A stretch of DNA of 64,000 nt from Planctomicrobium piriforme (GCA_945861585.1 CAMAVC010000007.1:515-64514); one strand, 5' to 3'. Positions 31,254-44,586 are shown, counted from the stretch's first letter. Notes: generated by a model not told the origin, from the sequence alone. Numbers and translations: made by a program.

Positions 31254-33386
31254 ATGAAGGTACGAGTTGAACGCACGATCGGCGACCATGTGCTCGCCAT
31301 GGAAACGGGCCTCCTCGCCAAGCAGGCCGCCGGCAGTGTGCTGGTGAGCTACGGCGACACGACGGTGCTCGTGGCCGCCGCCACCGGCGCTCCGCGGCCT
31401 GGCATCGACTTTTTTCCGCTCACCTGCGACTACCGCGAGCGTGCCGCTGCAGCCGGCAAGTTTCCGGGTGGCTTCCTCAAGCGTGAGGGTCGGCCCACGA
31501 TGAAGGAGACGCTCACGAGCCGCCTGATGGATCGGCCGATTCGGCCGCTCTTCCCCGACGGCTTTTTCGACGAAGTGCAGATCCAGGCGTCGGTGCTGTC
31601 GAGCGACAAGCAAAACGACGGCGACGTGCTCGCGATGAACGGTGCTTCGGCGGCGCTCTGTATTTCGCCGCTGCCCTTCCGGGGCCCGCTCGGCAGCGTG
31701 CGGCTGGCGCAGGTCGACGGCCGCTTCATTCCGTTCCCCACGCAGGACCAGCTCGAGGAGAGCGACCTCGATCTCGTGATCTCCGGCAGCGAGACCGCTG
31801 TGCTCATGATCGAGGGCTTCGCCCGCGAGATGCCCGAAGACCGCATGCTCGAGGCGATCGCCGAGGCGCACCGCTACGTCCGTGAGATCTGCGCGATGCA
31901 GCACGAGCTCGTGCAAAAGGCCGGGAAGCCGAAGAAGGAATACGTGCTCGCCGACTACACGCACCTCCGCGACCGGCTGACCCGCGACTACCTCGGCGAC
32001 TTGAAGGCCGCCAAGGCGATCGAGGGCAAGCAGGATCGCGGTCAGGCCGTGAAGGCCCTCCGCGAGCGGGCCAAGGCCGCCGTGGTGCCTGGCGAGCCCG
32101 CTCCGGGCAAGGCAGGCGACGCCGGCGGCGTGAGCGACGGCGACTTCGCGCACGTCTGGCACGCTCTCGAGGAGCGGGCCGTCCGCGAGCTGATCCTCGA
32201 GGGTCGCCGTCCCGATGGCCGCGACTACGGCACGCTTCGCCAGATCTCCTGCGAGGTCGATCTGCTGCCGCGGGTGCACGGTTCGGCCATGTTCCAGCGG
32301 GGCGAGACGCAGGCCCTGGTCACGATCACGCTCGGCACCGGCAAGGACGAGCAGCGGGTCGATGGCCTGATCGACGAGTATTCGAAGAAATTCATGCTCG
32401 ACTACTACTTCCCCTCGTTCTCCGTGGGCGAGGTGCGGCCGATCCGTGGTCCGGGCCGGCGCGAAATCGGCCACGGTGCGCTCGCCGAGCGCAGCGTGAA
32501 GCCGGTGTTGCCCGAGCCCGACACCTTTCCCTACACGATCCGCGTGATCTCCGACATCCTCGAATCGAACGGCTCGAGTTCGATGGCGAGCGTCTGTGGC
32601 GCCACTCTCGGCCTGATGGCCGCAGGCGTGCCGATCACCAACCCCGTGGCCGGCATCTCGGTGGGCCTCGTCAAGCAGTCCGAGGACAAGTGGGTGCTGC
32701 TCACCGACATCATCGGTGACGAAGATCACTACGGCGACATGGACTTCAAGATCGCCGGATCGCAAAACGGCATCACCGGCATCCAACTCGATCTCAAGAT
32801 CGACGGCATCTCGGTGGCGATCATCGAGGCCACGCTGCGGCAGTCACGCGAGGCGCGGCTCGAGATCCTGCGATCGATGCTGTCGGCGATCCGTCGTCCG
32901 CGTGCGGAAATCTCCCCCTGGGCGCCGCGCCTGCTGCGGACGCAGATCAATCCCGAGAAGATCGGCCTGCTCATCGGCCCCGGCGGCAAGACGATTCGTG
33001 CGATCCAGGAGTCGACCGGCGCCAGCATCGAGGTCGAGGACGACGGCACCGTGACGGTGGCCAGCCACGACGCCGAGGGGGCGATGGCGGCCATGGGCAA
33101 GATCGAGGCGCTCACGGCCTCGATCCAAGTGGGCCGGATCTACGAAGGCCGGGTCACGAGCATCAAGGATTTCGGGGCCTTCGTCGAGCTCGTGCCGGGC
33201 AAGGACGGCCTCTGCCACGTCAGCGAGCTCTCCGACGATTTCGTGAAGAGCGTGGCCGACTTTTGCAAGGTCGGCGACGTGATGCGGGTCAAGGTGATCG
33301 CGGTCGACGATCAAGACCGCGTCAAGCTCAGCCGCAAGGTCGCGATGCGGGAAATGGCAGAGAACGGCGGCGGCAACCCGTCGTAA
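31254..33386 (+). CDS. pnp: Polynucleotide phosphorylase
   Basis: [33 protein letters not shown] and S1 domains. Confidence 0.98.
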   Translation: MKVRVERTIGDHVLAMETGLLAKQAAGSVLVSYGDTTVLVAAATGAPRPGIDFFPLTCDYRERAAAAGKFPGGFLKREGRPTMKETLTSRLMDRPIRPLFPDGFFDEVQIQASVLSSDKQNDGDVLAMNGASAALCISPLPFRGPLGSVRLAQVDGRFIPFPTQDQLEESDLDLVISGSETAVLMIEGFAREMPEDRMLEAIAEAHRYVREICAMQHELVQKAGKPKKEYVLADYTHLRDRLTRDYLGDLKAAKAIEGKQDRGQAVKALRERAKAAVVPGEPAPGKAGDAGGVSDGDFAHVWHALEERAVRELILEGRRPDGRDYGTLRQISCEVDLLPRVHGSAMFQRGETQALVTITLGTGKDEQRVDGLIDEYSKKFMLDYYFPSFSVGEVRPIRGPGRREIGHGALAERSVKPVLPEPDTFPYTIRVISDILESNGSSSMASVCGATLGLMAAGVPITNPVAGISVGLVKQSEDKWVLLTDIIGDEDHYGDMDFKIAGSQNGITGIQLDLKIDGISVAIIEATLRQSREARLEILRSMLSAIRRPRAEISPWAPRLLRTQINPEKIGLLIGPGGKTIRAIQESTGASIEVEDDGTVTVASHDAEGAMAAMGKIEALTASIQVGRIYEGRVTSIKDFGAFVELVPGKDGLCHVSELSDDFVKSVADFCKVGDVMRVKVIAVDDQDRVKLSRKVAMREMAENGGGNPS

Positions 33387-33425
33387 CGGAGCGGGCTTCA
33401 TCCTTCCCCCGGGGCTCGGTCGGCC

Positions 33426-34181
33426 ATGTCGTCGGATGACGAGTCGGCCCGCTCGCGGGCGGAGACGTATGCGGAGTTTGCGGAGCTCGTGGGTGCCCTG
33501 GCCCATGAAATCCGCAATCCGCTCTCCACGATCCGGCTCAACATGGAACTCCTCGCGGAGGACTTCGAGAGCACCGATCACGACTCGCCGACGAAGCAGC
33601 GCGACCGGCGGGCGAAGGCGAAGATCGAGCTCGTGCGGCATGAATGCGACCGGCTTCAGAAGCTGCTCGGCGATTTCCTTGACTTCGCCCGCCAGGAGAA
33701 ACTGTCGATCGAGCCAGGAAGCCTCAATGCCGAGCTGGAGCAGCTGCTCGACTTCTACGGGCCCCAGGCTCGGGATGCCGGCGTGGAGGTGGTGCGGTAC
33801 CTCGATCCGGAGCTGCCAAACGTGCGGCTCGATCGGGAGACGTTTCGGTCGGCGGTGCTGAACCTCCTCATCAACGCCGTGCAGGCGATGGAGGGCGGCG
33901 GCCAACTCGTGGTGCGGACACGGCCGAAGGGGCTCGGGGTCGTGCTCGAAATGATCGACACTGGCCCCGGCATGGACGAGGAGACGCTCGCGAAGGTCTT
34001 CCGGGCGTTCTACACGACCAAGCAGGGAGGCTCGGGGCTGGGGCTGCCCACCGCACGGAAGATCATCGAGGCGCACGGTGGCACGATCGACATCGAGAGC
34101 ACGCCGGGCCGCGGCACGAAGGTCACGATTTGGCTCCCGGCGCCGCCCCGGCTTCCGACCGTCGGCCCGCCGACGCGGTAG
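33426..34181 (+). CDS. Cytoplasmic histidine kinase without a sensor domain
   Basis: AHEIRNPL H-box near the N-terminus, N-box, DTGPG, GSGLGL. Confidence 0.92.
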   Translation: MSSDDESARSRAETYAEFAELVGALAHEIRNPLSTIRLNMELLAEDFESTDHDSPTKQRDRRAKAKIELVRHECDRLQKLLGDFLDFARQEKLSIEPGSLNAELEQLLDFYGPQARDAGVEVVRYLDPELPNVRLDRETFRSAVLNLLINAVQAMEGGGQLVVRTRPKGLGVVLEMIDTGPGMDEETLAKVFRAFYTTKQGGSGLGLPTARKIIEAHGGTIDIESTPGRGTKVTIWLPAPPRLPTVGPPTR

Positions 34182-34230
34182 CAGCCGCGGAACTGGACGG
34201 GCACAGGCGTCGCTTCGTACGATCGTTCGC

Positions 34231-35652
<1,422 letters not shown>

Positions 35653-35675
35653 AAGGTGCAGCAGTCGCGGCGCGC

Positions 35676-37448
35676 ATGGGAAGGATCCACATACTCCCCG
35701 TTTCGGTCGTCAATCGGATCGCCGCCGGCGAGGTCGTCGAGCGGCCGGCCAGCGTCGTGAAGGAACTGCTGGAGAACGCCCTCGACGCGAAGCCCGGGCG
35801 GATCGACGTCACGCTCGACGAGGGCGGCGTCGGGCTCGTGCGGGTCGTCGACGACGGCTGCGGCATCGAGCCGGAAGATCTGCCCTTGGCCGTGTCGCCG
35901 CACGCCACGAGCAAGCTGCGCGTCGCCGAGGATCTCGAGCGGATCTCGACGCTCGGCTTCCGCGGCGAGGCCCTCGCCTCGGTGGGTGAAGTCGCGCGGC
36001 TCGTGATCCGGTCGCGGCCCGTCGGGGCCGAGGCCGGGGCCGAGATCGAGGTCGACAACGGCCAGGCAGGCGGCGTCGCCCCGCGGGGGATGCCCGTCGG
36101 CACGACCGTCGAGGTGCATCAGTTGTTCGCCAAGGTGCCGGCCCGGCGGGCGTTCCTACGGGCCGCTGCCACCGAGTGGTCGCATGCATCCGAGGCCTTC
36201 GTGCGGACGGCGCTCGCGAATCCTGGCGTCGCGATGAGCCTCTCCCACAACGGCCGCCGCATCCACGAGCTGCAGGCCACGGACTCCTGGCGCGGCCGGA
36301 TCGGCGGGCTGTTCGGCCAGAAGCTCGCCGACCGCCTGCTCGAGGTCGAGGGACGCGACGGCGAAGTAGCGGTGCGTGGATTCGTCGGCCGCCCCGACGA
36401 CGACATGGCCAGCGGCCGCCTCCAGCACCTGTTCGTCGCAGGCCGGCCCTTTCGTGATCGGTCGATCCTGCACGCCGTCCAGGAGGCCTACCGGGGCCTG
36501 TTGCTTTCGGGTCGCCAGCCGATCGTCTTTCTCGAGATCGAGCTGCCGCCCGAGATGGTCGATGTCAACGTGCATCCTGCCAAGATGGAGGTGCGGTTTC
36601 GAGATCCCGCGCGTCTCTACCGGCTCGTGCTGTCGACACTCCGGGCGAAATTTCTCGCGTGCGATCTCTCGGCGCGGCTCGATCCGCCTGTGCCGGCCGG
36701 GTGGGCTGGCCGCGGTCCTGCGCCCCTGCCCTTCGCCGGCGGCGGGGCGTCGTTCGCGCCGTTTCCGACGCCGCTCGGCGGAACAGCGGGCGGCGGTCAG
36801 GGCCAGGCGATCCTGCCGCACGCCGCGCCCCCTCCGCCGCCCTGGGAAGACGTATCACCGGCCTCGGGCTTCCAGCCTGCGCACGTCGAGATGGCGGTTC
36901 AGATGCACGATCGCTACATCGTCGTCGAGAGTGAGGCTGGCATCGAAGTGATCGATCAGCACGCCCTCCACGAGCGTGTGCTGTATGAGCGGCTGCGCGA
37001 GTCGGTGGCGGCCGGCGCGCTCGAGGTCCAGCAGTTGCTCGTGCCTGAGACCGTGGATCTGTCGCCACCCGAACTGGAGCTGGTGTCGGAGCATGCCGAG
37101 GCCCTGGGCCGCGCGGGCATGCGGGTGGCGCCCTTCGGGGGTGCCACCGTCGTGGTGAATTCGAAGCCGGCGCTCGCAGGCAAGGTGCCCGCGGCCGTGC
37201 TCGTGCGCGAGGTGCTCGGCCGGCTCGCCGCCTCGGCCACTTCCACCGGCATGCTCGTCGACGAGATCCTCCACGGCCTCGCCTGCAAGGCCGCCGTCAA
37301 AGCCGGCGACCCGCTGTCGCAGGCGGAGGTCGATGCGCTCGTTCGCGAGCGGCGGAGCGTGCCGGATTCGCACCACTGTCCCCACGGGCGTCCCACGTCG
37401 CTCACGCTGTCGAGGCTGGAGCTCGATCGGCAGTTCCGTCGTACCTGA
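35676..37448 (+). CDS. mutL: DNA mismatch repair endonuclease MutL
   Basis: IAAGEVVERP, GFRGEAL, DVNVHPAK, DQHALHER, ACK, CPHGRP. Confidence 0.97.
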   Translation: MGRIHILPVSVVNRIAAGEVVERPASVVKELLENALDAKPGRIDVTLDEGGVGLVRVVDDGCGIEPEDLPLAVSPHATSKLRVAEDLERISTLGFRGEALASVGEVARLVIRSRPVGAEAGAEIEVDNGQAGGVAPRGMPVGTTVEVHQLFAKVPARRAFLRAAATEWSHASEAFVRTALANPGVAMSLSHNGRRIHELQATDSWRGRIGGLFGQKLADRLLEVEGRDGEVAVRGFVGRPDDDMASGRLQHLFVAGRPFRDRSILHAVQEAYRGLLLSGRQPIVFLEIELPPEMVDVNVHPAKMEVRFRDPARLYRLVLSTLRAKFLACDLSARLDPPVPAGWAGRGPAPLPFAGGGASFAPFPTPLGGTAGGGQGQAILPHAAPPPPPWEDVSPASGFQPAHVEMAVQMHDRYIVVESEAGIEVIDQHALHERVLYERLRESVAAGALEVQQLLVPETVDLSPPELELVSEHAEALGRAGMRVAPFGGATVVVNSKPALAGKVPAAVLVREVLGRLAASATSTGMLVDEILHGLACKAAVKAGDPLSQAEVDALVRERRSVPDSHHCPHGRPTSLTLSRLELDRQFRRT

Positions 37449-37483
37449 GTCGCTGTGTGCGGTCCGTGGCCCAACTGGAGAAC

Positions 37484-38980
37484 ATGATGATCTGCGTGAG
37501 CATCGGGCGTGGTCGCCATCGGCACGTGATCGCCGAGCATCGGCACCTGGCCGAGCAAGGCATCCGGCTGGTGGAGCTACGGCTCGATTACATCCAGGGC
37601 AACGTGCAGGTGAAGCGGCTTCTCCAGGAGCGTCCCTGCCCGGTGATCGTCACCTGCCGGCGTGTCGTGGATGGGGGCAGGTGGGAGGGGTCGGAGGAGG
37701 AGCGGCTGCTCGTGCTCCGCACGGCGATCGTCGAGGGAGCCGAATACGTCGACCTCGAGGATGACATCGCCGCCAAGGTGCCCCGGTACGGGTCGACGAA
37801 ACGAATCGTCAGCCACCACGACTTCCACAAGACGCCGCCCGACCTGGCGGCCCTCCACAAGCGACTCGCGGGCTTGGACGCCGATATCGTCAAGATCGCA
37901 ACGATGGCGAACCACCCGACCGACAACCTGCGGATGCTGGAGATGGTGCGGGCGAGCAAGGTGCCGACCGTGGGCGTCTGCATGGGCGACATCGGCATGC
38001 CGACCAGGGTGCTGGCCGGCCGGGTCGGTGCGCCGTTCACGTTCGCCACGTTTCATGACGACCGCGTCCTCGCGCCCGGGCAGATTGGCTGGCGGCAGAT
38101 GCGCGATGTCTACCGCTATGATGCGATCGGGCCCAAGACGCGGGTGTACGGCGTGGTGGCCGATCCGGTGGCGCACAGCCTGAGCCCAGTGGTTCACAAT
38201 GCCGCGCTCGCCGCAGCAGGGATCGACGCCGTGTACCTGCCCTTTCGGGTGCCGGCCGAACAAATCGGAGAGTTTCTCTCGGGTGCCGGCCGGTGGCCGC
38301 TGGCCGGCCTGAGCGTGACGATCCCGCACAAGGAGACGGTGCTTCCCCTGACGACGCTGCAAGACGACCTCGTCAAGGCCATCGGGGCCGCCAACACGCT
38401 CACCTTCAAGCCGGCGGGCGTATCCGCCTCCAACACCGATGCCACGGCGGCGGTCGAGAGCCTGGAGGCGGCCATTCGCGAGCAGGACTCGACAGCCGAA
38501 GGCCTGGGGGTGAAGACGACGCTCGTGCTCGGTGCGGGCGGCGCGGCGCGGGCCGTGGCGTTCGCGTTGCGTCGCCGTGGTGTCGACGTGACCGTGGCGT
38601 CGCGCACGCTCGAGCGCGCCAAGAAGATCGCCGCCGAGGTGGGCTGCAAGGCCATCGACTGGGCTGCCCGCTACCGGCTTCCCTACGACTGCCTCGTCAA
38701 TGCGACTCCCGTCGGCATGCACCCCAACGTCGATGAGACGCCCTTTGACAAGGAGCACCTGCGGTCGTACATGATCGTCTTCGACACGGTCTATAATCCT
38801 GAAAACACCCTCCTGGTGAAGGAAGCCCGATCGCTCGGCTGCCGGATCGTGACGGGCGTCGACATGTTCGTGCGGCAGGCCGCCATCCAATTTCGGCTCT
38901 GGCACGATCGTGAGCCCCCTCAGGACGTGATGCGCGACGCGCTCAAGCGGGCCACTGCTTCAGCCAAACAGCCGGCGTAG
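37484..38980 (+). CDS. aroE: Bifunctional type I dehydroquinase / shikimate dehydrogenase
   Basis: ELRLD, SHHDF, VKIA, APGQ then HSLSP, VTIPHK, NTD, GAGGAARA. Confidence 0.93.
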   Translation: MMICVSIGRGRHRHVIAEHRHLAEQGIRLVELRLDYIQGNVQVKRLLQERPCPVIVTCRRVVDGGRWEGSEEERLLVLRTAIVEGAEYVDLEDDIAAKVPRYGSTKRIVSHHDFHKTPPDLAALHKRLAGLDADIVKIATMANHPTDNLRMLEMVRASKVPTVGVCMGDIGMPTRVLAGRVGAPFTFATFHDDRVLAPGQIGWRQMRDVYRYDAIGPKTRVYGVVADPVAHSLSPVVHNAALAAAGIDAVYLPFRVPAEQIGEFLSGAGRWPLAGLSVTIPHKETVLPLTTLQDDLVKAIGAANTLTFKPAGVSASNTDATAAVESLEAAIREQDSTAEGLGVKTTLVLGAGGAARAVAFALRRRGVDVTVASRTLERAKKIAAEVGCKAIDWAARYRLPYDCLVNATPVGMHPNVDETPFDKEHLRSYMIVFDTVYNPENTLLVKEARSLGCRIVTGVDMFVRQAAIQFRLWHDREPPQDVMRDALKRATASAKQPA

Positions 38981-38988
38981 GGTTCAGC

Positions 38989-39540
38989 ATGCCGATCGCC
39001 ACACTCATCGGGTATCGCGGCACCGGCAAATCGACGGTGGCGCGCCTGCTCGCCTCCCGCCGCGCGGCCTCCTGGATCGACGCCGATGCGGTGCTCGAGG
39101 AGCGGCTCGGGTGCACGATCGCCACGCTCGTGCGCGACCGCGGTGAAGGAGCATTTCGGGATGCCGAGGCGGACGTGCTGGCGAGTCTTCTGGCGACGTT
39201 CCACGGCGTGCTGGCCACCGGCGGTGGCGTCGTCATTCGCGACGCGAATCGACGGCTTCTCGCCGAACTTGGCCGACCGATCGTCTGGCTGACGGCGCCG
39301 GCGGCCACGATCCGTCAGCGGCTCGCGGCCGATCCATCCACGCTCGACCGCAGGCCGGCTCTGCAGGGCACCGACGCCCTCGCGGAGGTCGATGTGGCGC
39401 TGCAGGTGCGAGAGCCGCTCTATGCGGCGTGCGCCGACTGGGCGATCGATACGTCCGACAGATCGCCGGCCGAGGTGGCGGAGCGGATCGCAGCCTGGCT
39501 CGAGGGCCCGGGTGTCGGGGTCGGCGGGGGCACGCCGTGA
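38989..39540 (+). CDS. aroK: Shikimate kinase
   Basis: GYRGTGKST, GEGAFR, TGGG. Confidence 0.93.
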   Translation: MPIATLIGYRGTGKSTVARLLASRRAASWIDADAVLEERLGCTIATLVRDRGEGAFRDAEADVLASLLATFHGVLATGGGVVIRDANRRLLAELGRPIVWLTAPAATIRQRLAADPSTLDRRPALQGTDALAEVDVALQVREPLYAACADWAIDTSDRSPAEVAERIAAWLEGPGVGVGGGTP

Positions 39541-40658
39541 TGCATGCGATGATGCTCACGTGGATGCACGGGCCCGCAGGCGGCCTGGCGGCTCTCGTGA
39601 CCGGCGCCGTTCTCGGGCATCTGCTCTGCCGGGCCGTTGCCGAATGGTTTCGGATCACCGGCGACGCGCCCGTCAAAACGGGAACGCGGACGCTCGTGAC
39701 GATGGCCGCGGCAGTGGGGGCCGCCGGGCTGTGGTGGTGGGAAATCATCGCCCGGGGGCAAGTGTCCGCGGTCAGCCTGGCCAGCCTGCCGCAGACCGAG
39801 TTCGTCCTTCGCTCCATTGCCCACCTCGTCCTCTTCTGGCTGCTGGCCGCGGCGACCTGGATCGACTTCCGCCAGCGGGTGATCCCCGACTGGATCACGC
39901 TCCCGGGAACGCTCACAGGCCTGGCTGCGGCGTGGGCCTGGCCCCGGATCCTGCTCCCGGTGGCGGTGGAGGTGCCCAGATCTTTCGCTGCTCCCGTCAT
40001 GCAGGCCGACGTGCTCGGCTGGTACGGAGGCCTCGAGGCAGCGACAGGCGGGGCGTTCACGGCAGCGCCTCATGTGGCAGGGCTCGCGCTCGCCGCAGCA
40101 ATCTTCGCGGCGTGGTGGCTGGTGTGCACCGAGCCGGCCCCTGACGATGGAGCCCGCTGGCGTGCTCCGCGAACCCTTCTCATCCTCGTCGGGCTGTGCC
40201 TGGTGACGGCCGCCTGGTGGCTCGGCACCGAACGATTCGATGGCCTCCTCAGCGCGCTTGTCGGGCTGGCCGTTTCGGGAGGCCTCGTCTGGACGACCAG
40301 GGCCGGTGCGTCGTATGCCCTTGGCAAGGAGGCCATGGGCCTCGGTGATGTGACATTGATGGCGATGGCGGGCGCCTGGCTCGGATGGCAGGCGTGCGTG
40401 CTCACGTTTTTCCTGGCCGCGTTCATCGGCCTTGGCCACGGCGTCGCCCAGTTTCTCCGACACCGGGAGAACGAACTGCCCTTCGGCCCGAGCCTGTGCC
40501 TCGCGATGGTGCTCGTGGTCGTCGCATGGCGACCGCTCTGGCGAGCCACGGCCGTGCACTTCGAGCAGCCGGGCCAATTGGCGTTGGTGATCGCGGCGGT
40601 CGTCGTCCTGACCGCCGTGACCCTGTCGGTCTGGCAGTTTTTTCGCCGATCCTGCTGA
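39540..40658 (+). CDS. A24 prepilin peptidase family protein
   Basis: WIDFRQRVIPD, MGLGDVTL, LPFGP; multiple TM helices. Confidence 0.87.
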   Translation: MHAMMLTWMHGPAGGLAALVTGAVLGHLLCRAVAEWFRITGDAPVKTGTRTLVTMAAAVGAAGLWWWEIIARGQVSAVSLASLPQTEFVLRSIAHLVLFWLLAAATWIDFRQRVIPDWITLPGTLTGLAAAWAWPRILLPVAVEVPRSFAAPVMQADVLGWYGGLEAATGGAFTAAPHVAGLALAAAIFAAWWLVCTEPAPDDGARWRAPRTLLILVGLCLVTAAWWLGTERFDGLLSALVGLAVSGGLVWTTRAGASYALGKEAMGLGDVTLMAMAGAWLGWQACVLTFFLAAFIGLGHGVAQFLRHRENELPFGPSLCLAMVLVVVAWRPLWRATAVHFEQPGQLALVIAAVVVLTAVTLSVWQFFRRSC

Positions 40659-40742
40659 TGTTTCGGGCCGCGTGAAGGCCTTGTCCGGACCGCCCCGAGT
40701 CCCTAGGATCCCGGCCTTCCCGAGCGGCTCGGAGCTGGATGC

Positions 40743-41609
40743 ATGGTGAATGGACGGAGTCTGACCACCGGCCTGGCCGTGTTCGTGGCGGTCGCTTCGT
40801 GCCTCACCGGCTGCACGCAGAATCCCTTCCGGCAGTCCCCGGCGCCCGTGCAGCCTGGTGTCGCGCAGCCCCCGGGCGTGGCTGCCTTCGCTCCGACAGC
40901 GTCGGTCCCCGCCGCTCCGTCGTTCGTCGATGCCGATCCGCGGCAGCTCGAGGCGGGCCTGGCCCGGAGCCGCCAGGAGGCACAGGTGATGCAGGATGAA
41001 ATCACGGCGCTGCGTGACCAGCTCGCAAGCACATCCACCCAGTTGGCTCAGGTCCGTGCCGTGGGGCCGCAATCGCCGCCGGCGGCCCCCGCGTCCCCGC
41101 CCGGCACGATGACGCCGACTGCCATGCAGTCGGCGATGACGACGCTCGCACTGACAGGTGTCGAGAAGCGCACGGATGGCGGTGTCGTGCGGATCGAGAT
41201 CCCGGCCGACACGTTGTTCGAGTCTGGCGGTGCCAACCTGATGCCCGCCGGCACGGCGCTCCTGACCCAGATTTCGGACGAGGTCGAGCGGGTCTATCCT
41301 GGCCACTTTCTCGGCATCGAGGGGCACACCGATACCGAGCCGCTCAAGAATGCATCATGGGGATCGCAGCACCAGTTGAGCGTCGCTCGCGCGTCGGCAG
41401 TGTTCGACTTTCTCACCAGTCGCACGTCGCTGAAGCAAGGCCAACTGTTCCTCGTCGCCCACGGCCCGAACCACCCGGTGGTGTCGAACGCCACGGCGGC
41501 AGGCCGGGCCCGCAACCGGCGGATCGAGCTGGTCATCTATCCAGAGCGATCCGGGGCCGACGGTCCGGCGGCCGCGCATCCGGCTGCCGCAGCCACCGGT
41601 GGCGGCTGA
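40743..41609 (+). CDS. OmpA/MotB-domain lipoprotein
   Basis: LTGC lipobox, coiled coil, EGHTD, LSVARA, NRRIE. Confidence 0.9.
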   Translation: MVNGRSLTTGLAVFVAVASCLTGCTQNPFRQSPAPVQPGVAQPPGVAAFAPTASVPAAPSFVDADPRQLEAGLARSRQEAQVMQDEITALRDQLASTSTQLAQVRAVGPQSPPAAPASPPGTMTPTAMQSAMTTLALTGVEKRTDGGVVRIEIPADTLFESGGANLMPAGTALLTQISDEVERVYPGHFLGIEGHTDTEPLKNASWGSQHQLSVARASAVFDFLTSRTSLKQGQLFLVAHGPNHPVVSNATAAGRARNRRIELVIYPERSGADGPAAAHPAAAATGGG

Positions 41610-41633
41610 CGTCGTTGCCGCTACACTCGCGGC

Positions 41634-42236
41634 ATGGTGACCATCGTCGATTACGGCAGCGGCAATCTCCGTAGCGTGCAAAAGGCCTGCGAGCGGCTGG
41701 GTGTGGCCGCGATCATCACGGACGACCCAAACCGCGTGGCAGACGCCGACCGGCTGATTCTGCCCGGCGTGGGTGCCTTCAGCGACGCGATGCGGGAATT
41801 GCATGCCAGGGGGCTCGTCGAGCCCATCATCGCCCACCTGCGGGCCGATCGTCCCTTCTTCGGCATCTGCATGGGGCTGCAGTTGCTCTTCGAGACCGGC
41901 CTCGAGGGCGGGCGACATGCCGGTCTGGGCGTGCTGGCGGGAGACGTCGTCCGCTTCGATCTTCCGGCCGGCATGAAAGTGCCGCACATGGGCTGGAACA
42001 CGGTCGCCTGGACCGGTGAGTGTGAGATGCCGACCGCCGGGCGGGCGGACGACTACTTCTATTTCGTGCACGCCTACCACGCACGTCCGTCTGACGCGTC
42101 GATCGTCGCGGCGACGACCGACTACGGCGGCCCTTTCTGCTCGGCGGTGCGGCGCGGTCGTCTGTTCGCCACCCAATTTCATCCTGAGAAGAGCCAGGCG
42201 GCTGGCCTCAGGCTCCTTGCTTCCTACCTGGCGTGA
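41634..42236 (+). CDS. hisH: Imidazole glycerol phosphate synthase glutaminase subunit
   Basis: DYGSGN, PGVG, GICMG, PHMGWN, QFHPEKS. Confidence 0.96.
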   Translation: MVTIVDYGSGNLRSVQKACERLGVAAIITDDPNRVADADRLILPGVGAFSDAMRELHARGLVEPIIAHLRADRPFFGICMGLQLLFETGLEGGRHAGLGVLAGDVVRFDLPAGMKVPHMGWNTVAWTGECEMPTAGRADDYFYFVHAYHARPSDASIVAATTDYGGPFCSAVRRGRLFATQFHPEKSQAAGLRLLASYLA

Positions 42237-42258
42237 TGCCCTCCGGAGACTGTCGGCG

Positions 42259-42984
42259 ATGGAACTCTGGCCAGCGATCGATCTGCGGGGCGGGAAATGC
42301 GTGAGGCTTCTCCAGGGTGACTATGCCCGGGAGACGGTCTTCGGCGACGATCCTCTCGCGATGGCGCGGCAGTTCGTCGCCGCGGGAGCGCGGCGGCTGC
42401 ACATCGTCGACCTCGACGGCGCCAAGGCCGGTGAGCCCGTGCAGATCGATCTGATCGAGCGGATGGCGAAGGCCGCCGGCGTGCCCTGCCAGGTGGGCGG
42501 CGGCATTCGTTCACTCGACACCGCGCGACGCTATGCCGCGGCGGGTGTTGCCCGCATCGTCGTCGGCAGCATCGCGATCGAGCAGCCAGCGCTGCTCGAG
42601 ACCATGGCGACCGCCTTGCCCGGCAGGATCGTGCTGGGGCTCGATGCCCGTGATGGCAACGTCGCCGTGCGGGGCTGGGTGGAGACGAGCCGGCTCACGG
42701 CGCTCGAGGTGGCCCGGCGGTCGGAGCACCTGCCGTTGGCCGCCCTCGTCTACACCGACATCGCGACCGATGGCACGCTGGGTGGCCCCAACCTGGCGGC
42801 GCTCGACGAGATGATCCGCGGCGTGAAGCTGCCGGTCGTCGCTTCCGGGGGCATCGCGGAGGCAGATGACCTCACGCGCGTGGCAGGGATCGGTGCCGCA
42901 GGCTGCATCGTGGGGCGGGCACTCTACGACGGGGGGCTCTCGCTCGCCGCCGCCGCGGCCGCCTGCGGCGAGGGCCCCGCCTGA
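42259..42984 (+). CDS. hisA: ProFAR isomerase
   Basis: [29 protein letters not shown]. Confidence 0.95.
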   Translation: MELWPAIDLRGGKCVRLLQGDYARETVFGDDPLAMARQFVAAGARRLHIVDLDGAKAGEPVQIDLIERMAKAAGVPCQVGGGIRSLDTARRYAAAGVARIVVGSIAIEQPALLETMATALPGRIVLGLDARDGNVAVRGWVETSRLTALEVARRSEHLPLAALVYTDIATDGTLGGPNLAALDEMIRGVKLPVVASGGIAEADDLTRVAGIGAAGCIVGRALYDGGLSLAAAAAACGEGPA

Positions 42985-43183
42985 AGCCAGCCGTCCGGAT
43001 CCGGCAGACTTCGCCCGTTCTGCCGAGACCTCCAGGGTCGGGCTGCGGAGCGGAAAAACCCCGAGGATCACTCAATTTTTCCCGCGTCCGAGGCCGACCG
43101 TACGGATGGCGTTCCGGGGCATCGACAGGGCGGACGCCGCCCTGTGTTGCTGGCGGCGGAGCCCGATCCTACGATCCAATCTC

Positions 43184-44185
43184 ATGGCCACAGACGTCCG
43201 TCTCAAGGAGCAGTTGCCCGAGCTCACCCGACGGATCGTGGAGACCTACCAGGCGGTCCCCACGATCCACTATCTCGGTCACTGCCCGCTCCCGAACTAC
43301 GAGTCGATCATCGCGGCTTGCGAGGATCTGAAGGAGATTCTCTATCCCGGCTATCGGCGCCGGGAGAATCTCCACCTCGGCAACGTCACCTACCATGTGG
43401 GTGATCTCATCGACGGGCTGCATGACAAGCTCACCACGCAGATCGGCCGGGCGCTCCGGCACAGTGTCGCCGCGCAGCATGCGGCGGCCGAGCACGGTGT
43501 CGAGCCCCCTGCCCTGTCCGACGCCGTGCAGCACTGCACCGAGGAGGCCGACTTCGAAGCCCTCGGACAGGCCAAGGCGGTCGAATTCCTCGAACGCATC
43601 CCCGACCTCCGCCGGGTGCTCGCCACCGACGTCCAAGCTGCCTACGATGGCGATCCGGCCGTGCGGACGCTCGACGAGGTGATCTTCTGCTACCCCGGCC
43701 TGGAGGCCGTGACGATCCACCGCCTGGCCCACCTCCTGCACGCGCTCGAGGTGCCGCTCATCCCCCGGATGATGGCCGAATGGGCCCACGCTCGCACCGG
43801 CATCGACATCCATCCCGGCGCCACGATCGGCGACCACTTCTTCATCGATCACGGCACGGGCGTCGTCATCGGCGAGACCTGCGAGATCGGCAGCCGAGTG
43901 AAGCTCTACCAGGGCGTCACGCTCGGCGCACTCTCCTTCCAGACCGACGGCGACGGCAACCTCGTCCGCGGCACGAAGCGGCATCCGACCATCGAAGACC
44001 GTGTGGTGATCTACGCCAACGCCACCGTCCTTGGCGGCTCGACGCGCATCGGCCACGACTCCGTGGTCGGCTCCAACGTCTGGCTCACCCGCTCGATCGA
44101 CCCGCACACCACGGTCGTCCTCGAACGGCCAAAGCTCCGGATGCGCGGCGAAGCCCCGAGCCCGGAAGCGGACTACCAGATCTAG
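43184..44185 (+). CDS. cysE: Serine O-acetyltransferase
   Basis: [32 protein letters not shown]. Confidence 0.93.
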   Translation: MATDVRLKEQLPELTRRIVETYQAVPTIHYLGHCPLPNYESIIAACEDLKEILYPGYRRRENLHLGNVTYHVGDLIDGLHDKLTTQIGRALRHSVAAQHAAAEHGVEPPALSDAVQHCTEEADFEALGQAKAVEFLERIPDLRRVLATDVQAAYDGDPAVRTLDEVIFCYPGLEAVTIHRLAHLLHALEVPLIPRMMAEWAHARTGIDIHPGATIGDHFFIDHGTGVVIGETCEIGSRVKLYQGVTLGALSFQTDGDGNLVRGTKRHPTIEDRVVIYANATVLGGSTRIGHDSVVGSNVWLTRSIDPHTTVVLERPKLRMRGEAPSPEADYQI

Positions 44186-44205
44186 CGCGGGTGTCGTCAG
44201 TACGC

Positions 44206-44356
44206 GTGCGCCGGCTCGGGGTTACCCCGTACCGTCTCGCCGGACGTTCGCTGCGCCCATCCTGGGCTTCACTCACTCGGATGTGCCTGCGCTCCGGCAT
44301 CCATGCCTGCGCTGGTCACATACGCCGTCTCAACGGCAGGGGTAACCCCTCGCCTC
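44206..44356 (+). repeat. ~150-nt structured repeat copy D; partial inverted arm D2 at 44537-44574
   Basis: Full alignment with the other copies; D2 matches the end of A2. Confidence 0.92.
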
Positions 44357-44586
44357 TCGTTCTCGAAGGCGCTTGGAACTTTCGGCGGAGACGGTCGGTG
44401 GGCACGCGCAGAAGAAGGGAGTCCTTGAGGACTATGGGCGTCCGATCAAAACCCACGAGTTGTGGACTCTCAAGACGACCGGATTCGAGCATGCCTACCG
44501 CCGGCTCCGAATCCGGGCAATTAACTGCCGCCCTGCCGTCCGGCGACGGGATACGGGGAGCCCGAAGCCGGCGCGTCCAACGTCTC

